This document shows, piece after piece, positions 37,591 through 50,369 of a stretch of 64,000 nucleotides of DNA. Numbering within the stretch: the first letter of the stretch is position 1; each line of letters begins with the position of its first letter. Below the pieces are notes generated by a model, which saw only the letters and a program-made list of their open reading frames with translations, ran no database searches and was not told the DNA's origin. Origin of the DNA: Narcine bancroftii (taxonomy: Eukaryota). The position numbers were made by a program, and so were the translations under genes. The stretch lies in NCBI RefSeq assembly GCF_036971445.1, contig NC_091476.1, positions 27,528,001-27,592,000 of the forward strand. Reading direction: 5' to 3'.

Positions 37591-39899
37591 TTGTACCACT
37601 TCGGAATGTTGAGTTCACAGAGTGAGCTGTTTCACAAAGGCAAATTTGCATTTTCTTTCTATTTGTCAGTGAGGCAGTAACTGGAGAGTACAAATGTCAG
37701 AAAAAATAGCTGAGGGGAATGTAATGATGGTGATAGTTGCAATGCCTCAAGGATTATAGCTCCTGTTTGATTATACTTGGCTGCCAGCACGGGCTGACAC
37801 AGAGCAAGAGACAGTTTGTTAGATCTGTAATAGAGGCTTGCATCATGTGGTGCTGTTTACATCATCTTTAAAGTAAAGAAACTTCTCCTTCATCCATGTG
37901 TTGTGTAAGAATTCACATACAAATACAAAATGAAAAATGGAAATTTATTTTTGCACACAAGAGATAAAAATGCAGTTTTTCCAGAAACTATTGTTAAGAA
38001 TTTTCCATCAGTATTGCAAAAGGGAATATTTGCAGGAAAACTAATATCTTACGATATAGAAATTAAACAGAGGATTAGGATAAAATTAATTGAATAGGTG
38101 AAGTGTAATGGTGTGGAGTGAAGACTTATGCCTGTGGTGTAATGTTCTGATTCTATTCAGATGTTCCTGCTACATTATCATTTGTCAAGAAGAACTTTGA
38201 ATCATTGATACTTGTTTGAACCATACCATTATATTAATCTGTTCCAGGTCTTTAAGTAGCTGTATTTCCAACATGTTGTAAAATGTTGTTGAAGGAATCC
38301 TATTCAGGCAGTTTATAAACTTCACCCAAAACTTAAAATTGTGAGATTTTTAAAAAAGTCACCAGACCTGTTATCTCAGTTTATTTCATTGCATCGTTAT
38401 TTCATTGGTGTTTCCCTCTTTAAAGATGTCAGTTGTTGTGAGGCTAAATTTAATAAGCAGGCTGAAGTTAAGGCCTTGAACTAATTACTGAAGGATAAGG
38501 ATTCAGCTGAGAGGAAATAAAGTTTGTTTGTGACATGCATCAAAAGTGTAATAGAGGTTGTTTTGCAAAAATTGAAGTTGCAGAGAGAGTTCGATTGGTA
38601 TAGAGCAAAGACAACGCAAGTTTACTATTTTGAGTTATGTTCAGCAGGAAAAACAGTAATTGAATCTGGGGACTTAAGTCTCCAATGTTGCTTCTGGAAC
38701 TCCAGGAACCTCCATCTCTATTCAGTTTTTGCGTCCAAGGGCCCTGACTCCTGTTAATTTAAGGAACATCAGTTTCTAATGTCTTTTTTCCTTTGTAAAG
38801 CTCACGGGGCATGAACCCTTAACACTCATCGTTTCTATATTCTTTGCTATTCCGTAATCCACAGATCTGCTGTCTCTCACACTGGATCTAAATTACAAAG
38901 ACTCCAACCAGCATTACTAAACCCATAACATCTCTACTTCCCACTGAAATCCAGAATCCATCCTAACTAAGGGATGTATCGAGTCATAGAGCTCAGTACG
39001 TTCCAGAGATAATGGTAAACTTTGCTCAGTGCAGCTGCAGAATGGAAGGTGACTGTGCAGACATTTGCAACAGCACCCCTAGCCAATTGAGAAATAATAA
39101 TGATGGTTCTTAATAAAAGGAACATATTAAACAAAAGGCTCTTGGTAGATTTCGACGTACAGATTTATTGTCAGAGTACATACGTGATATCACATACAAT
39201 CCTGAGATTCTTTTTCTCGTGGGCCAGACAGAATTTCTACTTATCGGTAGTGCAGAATAATTATACTCAAGAAAAGATGCATACACAAAAGAGAGAAATG
39301 TAAACAAAGAAAGAAATGAAAACCAACTGCAATACAAAAGAAAAAAATAAATATTCAGTAAGAAAACTAAGAGTCCTTAAATGAGATTCTGGTTGAGTTG
39401 GTTGTTTATGAGCCTGATAGTGAGGGGGTAGCAACTATTCCTGAACGTGGTGGTACGAGTCTTATAGCGAGAACAGAGTGTATGTGTGGATCCTCCTTGA
39501 TTGCTGCTGCACTCTGATGACAATGACCCTTGTAGATTTTCTCGATGATGGGGAGAGTTTTGCCTGTCTTTTGTTCAGAGGTATTAGTGCTCCATGATAC
39601 AGCTGGTTGGCACTTTTTTCACTACATATCTGTTACAAGGTTGCCACGGTTTCCAAAGTCATACAAATCTCTGCAAACTCCTGAGGAAGTAAAGGCACTG
39701 ACATGTTTTCTTCATGATGATATTGGTGTGTTGGGTCCAGGAAAGACCCTCCAAGATAAATTTGCCTACCCTCTCCACCTCTAATTTTCTTCAATAATCA
39801 CTTGATTGTACACCTCTGAGTTTTCCTTCCTAAAGTCAACAATCAGCATCTTAGTTTTGGTGACATTGAGTGCAAAGCTGTTGTTATTACACCATTCAA

Positions 39900-41060
39900 C
39901 CATCAAACAGCTAAATCCCAACAAAGCTCTAGGGCCTGATGGTATTGCAGCTGAGATCTACCACTGACATCCTGCCTGCGCCAGCTGTTCACAAAGTTGT
40001 GGGTAAATGCAGAACTACCACAAATCTTCAAAGAGACATCAGTCATGACCATCTATAAGAACAAGGGAGACGAGAGATTGCAACGATTATCGTGGCTTCT
40101 CTCTTCTGTCAGTTGCAGGAAAATGCCTCGCAAAGATCATCCTTGGACGTTTACTGTGCATCATCAATAACAACATCCTTTCAGAAAGCCAGCATAGTTT
40201 TCAAATAGGCCATAGTACAGTGGATATGATCTTCTCACTGAGGTAGCTCCAAGACAAATGTGTTGAGCAGCAGAAAAGTCTCTATGTCTCATTTGTTGAT
40301 CTGTTGGTAGAGAGGATCTGTGGAAGCTCTTACCAAAATTCAGTAGACCCCCACGCCTAACTAACACCATCCGTCAGTTCCACGAAGGTATGGAAGGCCG
40401 CATCATTATGATTGGTGAGTTGTCAGACCCACTTCCCATCAACAATGGCGTAAAACAGAGTTGTGTTTTGACTTCTACTCTGTTTGGATTATTCTTCACT
40501 GCTGTTCTTCAGGATGCCACGTCATATCTGAAATTAAGGGACTTCCTACGAATGAGGACTGATGGCGGGCTCCTCAACCTCGCAAGACTGAGAGCAAAAT
40601 CAAAAGTCAAGGACATTATGGTGCACGAGCTACAGTTTGCTGATGACTGTGCACTGGTTGCCCACTCTCTCGAAGACTTAAAGGAGATTGTCTGTTGTTT
40701 TGCCAGTGCTGCTAAGGGCTATGGATTGACAATCACCTTGAAAAAGACAGATTTTGTACCAACCGGCCCCCGGCTCAAGCTATGAAGAACCAACTGTTCT
40801 CCTTGATGACACTCATTTTAATGTTGCCAACAAGTTTTGCTACCTGGTCAGCACAATAACATCCTCAGCTTCTCTAGATGTAGAGATTGAGTCAAGAACC
40901 AGAAAGGCTTGCTTTGCTTTTTGTCAGTTAAAAGATCGGGGTTGGCCATCAAGTGCAAGGTGTACAGGCCTGTTGTCATATCAGCCTTGCGATATGGATG
41001 TGAGATGTAGTTTCCATATCAGATTCACTTTCGTCAGCTTGACAAACTGCAGCAGGTCTT
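39900..41060 (+). mobile_element. RTE-clade LINE RT fragment
   Basis: KALGPDG, YRGFSLLSVAGK, NGVKQSCVL, LQFADDCAL and KFCYL motifs, with frameshifts. Confidence 0.88.
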
Positions 41061-41084
41061 GGTTGTGCCCACAGGAGGTGCTAC

Positions 41085-41655
41085 TCTTGTGCCCAAACCT
41101 CCTCCCTCACCTCGGTCCGGGGCCCCAAACAGGCCTTTCAAATGAATCAACACTTGTGTATCTGCAGGACTAAGTTACTGCATCGGGTGCTCCCTTTGTG
41201 GCCTTCTCACAAATTGGGAGATCGCTTCGCTGAGCACCTTCGTTCTGTCCATACCAGTAACAGAGACCTCCCAGTAGTCAATCACTTCAGTTCTGGGCAC
41301 TTTCCAACCGGATGGTATTAACTTCAACTTTTCCGGTTTCTGCTAATCTGCTCTCCTCTTCCCCTTTCCAGTTCTCCTCCCTCCCTTCCCCATCCATCCA
41401 CCCCTTGATCTCTGCTGTCCCCTCCCTCCCTTCTCCACCTATCACCTCCTGCCTTGCAATCTCCCCTATTCCCCCCCCCCTTTGTTTGGATGCCTGCCGA
41501 CATTTTCCCATTCCTTGATGAAGGCCTCAAGCCTGAAATGCTGGATATGTATTTTTACCTTTGCTATATAAAGGATACTGCTCAACCTGCTGGGTTTTTC
41601 CAGCATTGTGTTTTTACTTCAACCATAGTGTCTGCAGATTTTCGTATTTTGCTCC
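41085..41655 (+). mobile_element. Penelope-like element 3' fragment
   Basis: YCIGCSLCGL...LGDRFAEHL remnant, a pyrimidine-rich tract, and a terminal repeat with a hammerhead-like core. Confidence 0.82.
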
Positions 41656-41929
41656 TTTTTATGCAACCCATTACTGTGGATTTGTGGGCAAATTTTTAGA
41701 TGTTGTTGTTGTCATACCTAGCCACGCCATTATAGGTGTAAAATTAGTAGAACAGGGGTTAAGAACACAGCCCTGTGGTGGACCAGTACTGATGGAGATT
41801 GTGGAGGAGATGTTCTTACCAATCCTCACTGATTGGGGTCTGGAGGTGAGGAAATCCAGGATCCAATTACATAGTGGGGTGTTGTCTATGTATGGACTGT
41901 ATATGTATGTGGAAATTCAGTAACATAAT

Positions 41930-42890
41930 TTGAGAAATGAGACTGACCCTGTAGGTAAGCTTTTACATTTTGCAGATGTACCAGGATAGATGAAGTCAGG
42001 GTATGCGGTAAATTTGGATTGACAAAAGGCATATAAATAAGGCGCCACAAAAAAGTTCAAGTCCAATGTAATAGCTGACAGGGTTAAGCTAATATATTGG
42101 CACAGGTGGAGGGCTAGTTAATAGACAGAAATCTAAAGATCAGGAATGAATTGGTTATTTTCTAGTTGGCTAGTGGCAGATGGTATGCCTGGGGGCCAGT
42201 GTTTATAATTTATATTAATGGTGTAAATAAAGGGAGCAGCAGTAAAGTATCTAAGTTCACTGATGATGCAAAGATCTGGAGGAGGACACAGAGTTTGCAA
42301 TTGGCAGGTTAAATGTTTTGGGCAATGAGGGTAGTGAGGAGAAATATAAGGCTATCCCTTTTGGCAGAAAGAGTAAAAGTGGAGAGTACAATTTAAATTC
42401 AGAAAGATGATGCAAAATGCCCAAGATGCCGGTGCCTGTGCGGATGAGGGGGCTGCGGGAGTACTGGAGGCGCATCCATGGACACTTGGGGGACTTTGTT
42501 TTGCTTCTCTTCCTCTGACTGTAAAAGGCGCTTCAGGCATTTTCTGCCAATGGCGAATCTGTCTGACTTACAACAGACAAAAACAAATTTTGTGTAATAT
42601 TGCACTCTTTATCATATGGCAATAAATTGAATCTTGATTCTATGTCTGGTGTTCACAGAGATTTATATGTTCTCAAACAAGTAAACTAAAGTTATCACAT
42701 AGGTGTGAATGGCCTTTATTGCAACTGGAGCAAGTACAAAAATATGGAAGTTTTGATGCAGTTATAGAGGACTTTGTTGAGACCATACCTTGGATCCTGC
42801 TTGTAGATATGGTCTCCTTATTTAAGGAAGGATAGACTTGGTAGAGAGAGAGAGATTGGATTGGGAAAGTTCACAAAGTTGACTTCTAGC
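41930..42890 (+). mobile_element. Degraded CR1 fragment with an insertion at 42418-42640
   Basis: SKFTDDAK-like and LRPYLxxCxxxWSPYLRKD-like remnants. Confidence 0.65.
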
Positions 42891-43515
42891 ACAAAACAAA
42901 TAACCCTGATAGATTGACATTCGTCCGAGTTCCAAGATGAAAACAAATGTAAACAATTTGAAATAGGCCAGCTCTTTCAGGCAGAGCCTGCCAAATGGAA
43001 TTGAAGAAGTGGAAATAAAGATTGGTTTGAGACCTGCCTATCGTTAAAGTAAGAGGCACATTTGCATGTTGTGTAATTTAATTCCAAATGTAAATTTTAA
43101 TATTTTATATAGATACATGTGTAAATAAATATATGAATGTGTATTACATAATAGTATGTGTTTATGAAGTCATAATTGGGTTGTCTTATTTTGTAACTCC
43201 TCAGTCTATGTGGCGTAAAGTTTGTGGTGTAGGAGCGTTACTCAATTAAGTTGGAATTGTCGATGAACTGTAAGGGGTGGGGTGGCCTATCTGATCTTTT
43301 CATATAGGCTAGTTTTTGTTAGGTAGAACCGGTTGTACCTCATTAATGCAACTCCTTTTAGCTTCTGTTGAAAAGGCAACAATGTGGCTTGATTCTGGTC
43401 CATCTTGTATTTCTGTTTTTAATGTTTTCTCTTTGGATCTTCTATTTATTTATTTTGACTGTCATCAATTTAATACTGATTTTTTTTTTCAGCAGTTTTA
43501 CGGCAATGTTGCCCT

Positions 43516-43698
43516 CTTTTTTTTTCTTTGGCTTGGCTTCGCGGACGAAGATTTATGGAGGGGGTAAATGTCTACGTCAGCTGCAGGCTCGTTTGTGGCT
43601 GACAAGTCCGATGCGGGACAGGCAGACACGGTTGCAGCGGTTGCAGGGGAAAATTGATTGGTTGGGGTTGGGTGTTGGGTTTTTCCTCCTTTGCCTTT
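43516..43698 (-). mobile_element. Young, heavily 5'-truncated RTE-clade 3' end
   Basis: The minus strand encodes CNRCNRVCLSRIGLVSHKRAC, then ...GCGAAGCCAAGCCAAAG(A)n; CpGs intact; TTGCCCT on both sides. Confidence 0.78.
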
Positions 43699-46282
43699 TG
43701 CCCTAGGTTAAGGTTAACACAATTCTTCAGTTTTTAAATGACAGCATCATCTTTGAAGTAAGTACTTTTGATGCTGTTTTCTCACTCCATTCAAATATCT
43801 AACTTTTTCATCAGTTCCTCAATTTTAACTCTTTCCCTCCTACCTCATGAGGATAAGCAATCTGAGGAAGCCTGTTTCTACCTTCCCACTTGTTCTTATT
43901 GCTTGAGGAACCTAAATACAAACTACATTTGTAAAAATTATGTTGTGAACATCATCAATAAAGAAATGTAATCAATAGCAATGTAAGCCAAATAACTGAA
44001 GGAACTGGGGCTGGGTGGACCAGGGAGAGGTGTAGAGTGATGGACAGACAGAAGATTGGCATATGCCATACAAAGGTAGAGAGAGGCAAGAAAAGCCAGG
44101 GATCAGGTGGAGTAAAATGAGTCGTACTGAGTGGAGATTGTAGCCCAACAAGGGTAAGGATTTATAAAAAACCTTTCCTAAATTGCAATATTTCAAAATT
44201 TGAATATCAGACCTCTTTAACCAGTCTGAAAAATCTGACTTGGTCCTGATTCCAGGAAATCTGGCTTCCATCTTACTTGTTCTTGGGATTGGGGATGTTG
44301 ACTGCTGTTTATGGCCAGTCTTCTATATATTCGTCCCAGGTTACAATCTAGTCATGTCCTGGGAAAAGAGAATGAACCACAGGGCAGTAAGGCATGTGTA
44401 TTGAAAATAAAATTGCCTATGGTTACTAACTTAAACCATTGCTCAAATATGATATGATTTAAATGTTTTTAAAATTGTATTGATATAAATTTGGTTCCCC
44501 AAGAAACAAATATGCCTCCTGACCATCGCAAATGACCACAATTAATAAAAGTAAATAAGTTTATTTGTCTCTCTCATCCTCTGCTCAGCTCCAGGTTTTC
44601 TTTAGGTTAAAGATTGGTGAAGAGTTTGCATGTAGTGACATCTCCATGCCTTTGTCTTTCTAACAGGTATGGGTTGTTCTCTGGGAGGTGCTATTTAGAA
44701 AAAAAATAGGCAAGTTGTCATAGGGCATGTTGTGGTGATCGTGGAAAGGGTGTGTTTAATGGCCAAACACCATTCTCAACAGATGTGACGGGAGTGCAGA
44801 GCCTTGATCTGACCGGTTATTGGTGGGATTTTTCAACTCTGGAGTGATGCTATTTGAGCCAACCTTGCTGATGGAAAATGAAGACCCCATCCTAGAGTAC
44901 ACTCAGCACCCTTGCTACTCCGAGTTCTTCTTCCAAATATTACTCAACGTGGAGGAACGATAATGATTAATATTGGAGGTGGATAATTGTAAGGTTTCCT
45001 CACCTTTTGGTGCTGCAATCCTATGGTATGCGTTCCTGACTTGGCACTGAGCATTCTTAATCCACATCTACTCAACTACGTACCACTGAAGGAATACTGG
45101 AGACTATAAATGCAGGAATCTGAAGTTAAACACAATATGCTGGAACAATTTGTTGGGATGAACAGCATCAGTAGGAGAAAAAGGATGGTCACTCTAAAGC
45201 GAGATGGGTTTTGGCCTCACACATGGATCATATTTTATTTCCCCCCCCCCCCCCCCCCACTGTGGTCCTCTGAATTGACCTGCTGAGTTCCTCTTGCAAA
45301 TTTGGTTTAGTTCTGTACCACCCTGTCGGAAATTAAGGTTCTAGCTTCCCAGTAGAACAGAACATACCTGGGGATGGAGAAGTTTGGAACATTAGCTAAA
45401 GGGTATGATTTTTTTTTGTATGACAGTGGTGAACTGGCCTCTGGAAGAGTTGTTCCAAATTTGGGCTCAAGTCCCCAGATGTTCCTTGCCCAACTTTCAT
45501 CACAGAACTTTTCCAAATGTCGAGGTTGAACTGCAGATTTCATTTATTCCATGTCCACAAATGAATTAATCCACATCTAATGGGATTTATGCCCACACCC
45601 ACTTTCTATTAATCAAATGTGGTATATTTCAAAGCTATACATTATGACAGTATGAATAGTTTGGATACGATAAAAGAATACTGAGAATCACTAAAAATAA
45701 TAGAACTCGTAACTTCAAATTTTTTTAACAATGGCCAGAATATTTACATTTGAAATAAGTGTCTCGTGTCCATTTTATTTGTGTCAGTGATATAACGTGA
45801 GCATTATAATGCCGACAGAAATATTTGGAAACATGACATTTTACCAGCACTTACAGTGTTGATTTAGTGCAATGAATACACACAATGCTGTGAGTTTAAC
45901 AGTTCCTTCCTGCTTTAAAGCATATACAGTGTGTGAATAAGTTAATAGCAGCCTGTTGGCTGCTGAAGGACAAGTAACGTTTTGCACAAGAAATATGAAG
46001 CCTCTTCACATCAAAAGAAGGAAATATAACAGATGATCGTAAAGCCTTTGATTCACTTCATGCTTTTTTTTGTCATAGTTATTGATTTCTGTGAGTTATT
46101 CAGATGATGAAATTTCATCAGGAATGTAGCTCTGATCTATTGGCTTTGCTTAAACTGCTATATTTTAAACTATTTTTCCTATCTTGAGCATTGTGGGCCG
46201 TCTTATTCGCTTTACCTTTCAAAGGTAAATGCCATGGAGGGATTATAGTACTCAATTCACTCAAGTGTTTCTGAACACAGTT

Positions 46283-47545
46283 GCCATAGTGTTTAGCTGT
46301 GAGGTGTTTGTACATTCTCTCCGTGCCTGTGTAGGTTTTCTCTGGGGGCTCCAGTTTCCTCCATCATTCAAAATGTACCGGGGTTGAAGGTTAATGGGCT
46401 GTAAATTGGATGGCACAGACTTGTGGGCGGTATGTTTAAATTTAAAGCTCTGCAGCACTAGCGACCGGATTTGAATCCTGCTCTGTAAGGAGTTTGTACG
46501 TTCTACCTATATATCGTGGGTTTCCTTCGGGTCCTCTGGTTTCCTCCCACCCTTCAAAACATATCACTTCAGTTCAGCATTTGGCACAATCATCTCACAG
46601 TACCTGATAAGGAAGTTGAACTGTCTGGGTCTAAACACAATTGGATTCTCGACTTGCTGTTAGGGAGACATCAGGCAGTCCGGATCAGTAATAGCACTCC
46701 AAGACCATCGCACTGAGCACGGGGACTCCCCAGGGCTGGGTACTTCACTGCTGTTCACTCTGTTGACCCATGACTGTGCACAGCTTGAACCACATCATCA
46801 AGTTTGCTGGATGATATGACCATGGTGGGCCTGATCAGTGAGAATGACGAGTCAGCGTACGGAGATGAGATGCAGTCGCTAATGGACTGGTGCAGAGCTG
46901 ACAACCTGTATCTGAACATTATGAAAACAAAAGAGATGGTTGTTGACTTCAGGAGGGCCCAGAAGGACCATGCTCCTCTGACCGTTGATGCTCCACAATT
47001 GAGGTTGTCAAGAGTATCAAGTTCCTTGGACTGCACTTGACGAAGAATATCACCTGGCCTCTTAACACCAGCTCCAAAACCAAGAAAGTCCGATATCACC
47101 TGGTCCCTTAGCACCAGCTCCAACACCAAGAAAGTCCGATAGTACATCTACTTCCTGCGAAGGCTGAGGAAAGTTCATCTTCCACCCTCCATCCTCACTA
47201 CATTCTACTGCATCACCACCTGGTTTGGAAGCTGTACCTTCTTGCACTACAGATTGGGCAACAGCTTTCTCCCCAAAGGCATCAGACTCCTGAACTCCAA
47301 GAATATTTAGGGATAGGGTACAGTATAAGTCTGTATAAGTCTTAATATTTTAACGTGTTTAACTTCTAACTTGTATTTATGTAAATATGCTCCATGGTCC
47401 TGGAGAAACACTATCTCGTCTTTACCGAGCGAGCATGGTAAGAATAATAAATAAAGGTGACTTGTCTTGGCTGACGGTCATTTGGGTGTAATCAATTGGC
47501 ACAATTGTGTGGGCGGAAAGGGCCTGTAACTGTGCTGTACATCTT
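46283..47545 (+). mobile_element. Two tandem V-SINEs, the second split by a Rex1/Babar LINE fragment (~46563-47470)
   Basis: SINE at 46283-46445; second SINE 5' half at 46446-46562 and 3' half at ~47470-47545; between them RT motifs (GTPQG, DDMTMVGLI, KTKEMVVDFRR) and an AATAAA...ACTTG tail. Confidence 0.78.
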
Positions 47546-47559
47546 TTTTTTTTAAATCA

Positions 47560-49560
47560 GGTTTGCCATACGCTGAGGGATTAAGTAAACCAAGCCAGTG
47601 TTTGCTAAAGTTTAGAGGAGTAAGACGAGATCTAATTCTTCAAGGACTTGAGTGGCTGGACAGGGAGGGTGTTTCGACTGGCTAGACAGGGAGGGTGTTT
47701 CGACTGGCTAGACAGGGAGGGTGTTTCGACTGGCTAGACAGGGAGGGCGTTTCGACTGGCTAGACAGGGAGGGCGTTTCGACTGGCTAGACAGGGAGGGC
47801 GTTTCGACTGGCTAGACAGGGAGGGCGTTTCGACTGGCTAGACAGGGAGGGCGTTTCGACTGGCTAGACAGGGAGGGCGTTTCGACTGGCTAGACAGGGA
47901 GGGCGTTTCGACTGGCTAGACAGGGAGGGCGTTTCGACTGGCTAGACAGGGAGGGCGTTTCGACTGGCTAGACAGGGAGGGCGTTTCGACTGGCTAGACA
48001 GGGAGGGCGTTTCGACTGGCTAGACAGGGAGGGCGTTTCGACTGGCTAGACAGGGAGGGCGTTTCGACTGGCTAGACAGGGAGGGCGTTTCGACTGGCTA
48101 GACAGGGAGGGCGTTTCGACTGGCTAGACAGGGAGGGCGTTTCGACTGGCTAGACAGGGAGGGCGTTTCGACTGGCTAGACAGGGAGGGCGTTTCGACTG
48201 GCTAGACAGGGAGGGCGTTTCGACTGGCTAGACAGGGAGGGCGTTTCGACTGGCTAGACAGGGAGGGCGTTTCGACTGGCTAGACAGGGAGGGCGTTTCG
48301 ACTGGCTAGACAGGGAGGGCGTTTCGACTGGCTAGACAGGGAGGGCGTTTCGACTGGCTAGACAGGGAGGGCGTTTCGACTGGCTAGACAGGGAGGGCGT
48401 TTCGACTGGCTAGACAGGGAGGGCGTTTCGACTGGCTAGACAGGGAGGGCGTTTCGACTGGCTAGACAGGGAGGGTGTTTCGACTGGCTAGACAGGGAGG
48501 GCGTTTCGACTGGCTAGACAGGGAGGGCGTTTCGACTGGCTAGACAGGGAGGGCGTTTCGACTGGCTAGACAGGGAGGGCGTTTCGACTGGCTAGACAGG
48601 GAGGGCGTTTCGACTGGCTAGACAGGGAGGGCGTTTCGACTGGCTAGACAGGGAGGGCGTTTCGACTGGCTAGACAGGGAGGGCGTTTCGACTGGCTAGA
48701 CAGGGAGGGCGTTTCGACTGGCTAGACAGGGAGGGCGTTTCGACTGGCTAGACAGGGAGGGCGTTTCGACTGGCTAGACAGGGAGGGCGTTTCGACTGGC
48801 TAGACAGGGAGGGCGTTTCGACTGGCTAGACAGGGAGGGCGTTTCGACTGGCTAGACAGGGAGGGCGTTTCGACTGGCTAGACAGGGAGGGCGTTTCGAC
48901 TGGCTAGACAGGGAGGGCGTTTCGACTGGCTAGACAGGGAGGGCGTTTCGACTGGCTAGACAGGGAGGGCGTTTCGACTGGCTAGACAGGGAGGGCGTTT
49001 CGACTGGCTAGACAGGGAGGGCGTTTCGACTGGCTAGACAGGGAGGGCGTTTCGACTGGCTAGACAGGGAGGGCGTTTCGACTGGCTAGACAGGGAGGGC
49101 GTTTCGACTGGCTAGACAGGGAGGGCGTTTCGACTGGCTAGACAGGGAGGGCGTTTCGACTGGCTAGACAGGGATGGCGTTTCGACTGGCTAGACAGGGA
49201 GGGCGTTTCGACTGGCTAGACAGGGAGGGCGTTTCGACTGGCTAGACAGGGAGGGTGTTTTGACTGGCTGAGGAGCCCAGAATCAGGGGTCACAGTCTCA
49301 GAAAAAGAAGTAAGCTGTTCGGAATTGTCAGTTGAGAAGAAAATTTTTCACTCAGAGGGTGAAAAATCTCTGGAAATTTCCACCCCAGAATGTTGTGGAC
49401 ACTTATTTGTTGCGTTTATATATAAAAAAATAGATTGATAGATTTCTCAAAATTAAGAGAATCAAGAGAGAGGCCGGAGGGGGAAAATAACTCTGAGATG
49501 GCAGACCTGCCGTGATCTTGATAAAAGGCAAAGCAGGCTAAAAGGGCAAGGTGGTTTTCA
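47560..49560 (+). mobile_element. CR1 3' fragment hosting the 26-bp minisatellite
   Basis: The flanks read as continuous CR1 3' sequence: ...GAGTAAGACGAGATCTAATT...[array]...GAGGAGCCCAGAATCAGGGGTCACAGTCTCAG...TTCACTCAGAGGGTG; compare 29040-29260. Confidence 0.8.
47655..49269 (+). repeat. 26-bp minisatellite, ~62 near-identical copies
   Basis: Unit GACAGGGAGGGCGTTTCGACTGGCTA; the period is confirmed by a 130-bp (5-unit) register. Confidence 0.98.
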
Positions 49561-49919
49561 CTCTTAAGGCAAGCTTAATGCCTATTGCAGTAATGGGTTA
49601 TGGGCTCAGACTGATATTGCTGATTTTGGCTGAGCTGACATACATTTGTTTTCATTGCTGCAAGAGATGTTTTCACCTGATAACCACTTGCTCTAAGGGT
49701 GTGCAATGAAGTCAAGCCTGGACTTGCCTTTCAAATGTCACACAATGAACATCCCATCACCATCAGGAAGCTCATTATTACTTTTTGCTTGGATTATACG
49801 TGGAAGAAATGACACAGAAAATATATCTGAGCTCCAAAGTCCATAATGTGTCTATAGAAATGGGTAGAATTTTAAAAATTACAGAAGTTTTATTTATTTC
49901 CAGTTATTCCTTTATTTAG

Positions 49920-50041
49920 TTGGCTGGCCATACTAGCCTTGAAAACACCCCATCTTGTCTGATCCCAGAAGCTAAGCAGACTCAAACCTGGTCAGTACTT
50001 GGATGAGAGACCACCTTGGAATACCAGGGGCCATAGGCTTT
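49920..50041 (+). pseudogene. 5S rRNA-derived sequence (near full length, diverged)
   Basis: GGCCATAC...ATCTTGTCTGATCCCAGAAGCTAAGCAG...CCTGGTCAGTACTTGGATGAGAGACC...GAATACCAGG...TAGGCTTT aligns along vertebrate 5S rRNA, including boxes A and C; many substitutions, single copy. Confidence 0.92.
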
Positions 50042-50281
50042 GGGCGGCTTGGTTGTCGTTGCAGTTAGTGCAACATCTTTATAGCACCAGTGATCGGAAT
50101 CAAGGTTTGAATCTCACGCTGTAAGGAGTTTGTATGCTCTCCCCATGTCTGCGTGGGTTTTCCCCGGGGAGCTCCATTTTCCTCCCACCGTTCAAAACAT
50201 ACTGAGCTGTAGGTTAATTGGGTGTAAATTGGTTGGCACGGACTCGTGGGCTGAAAAGGCCTGTTACCGTGCTGTATGTCT
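50042..50281 (+). mobile_element. tRNA-derived V-SINE (HE1-like), full length
   Basis: tRNA-like head with A/B boxes, V-domain GGAGTTTGTATGCTCTCCCCATGTCTGCGTGGGTTT...TTTCCTCCCAC, and CR1-like tail GGGCTGAAAAGGCCTGTTACCGTGCTGTAT. Confidence 0.88.
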
Positions 50282-50369
50282 TATTTGTGATGGCACAGGA
50301 TGTTATTTAGGAATAAGATTTTCAACAGCTTGACCAGCGTGCATTGATACTAAGAAATGCATAAACCTC

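Larger units (their letters stand above)
39140..41890 (-). mobile_element. Rex1/Babar fragment (39140-39900 and ~41675-41890) with nested RTE and Penelope pieces
   Basis: Same family as 7060-7855; the sequence resumes after the nested inserts. Confidence 0.75.

Noticed and set aside
43200-43420. Possible old L1 C-terminal remnant
   Set aside because: Only a faint motif resemblance; cannot be supported by eye.
47655-49269. CRISPR-like array
   Set aside because: The units are contiguous with no unique spacers, the context is eukaryotic, and there are no cas genes; it is a minisatellite.
49920-50041. Functional 5S rRNA gene
   Set aside because: Single copy with many substitutions and a degraded 5' end; not in a tandem 5S array.
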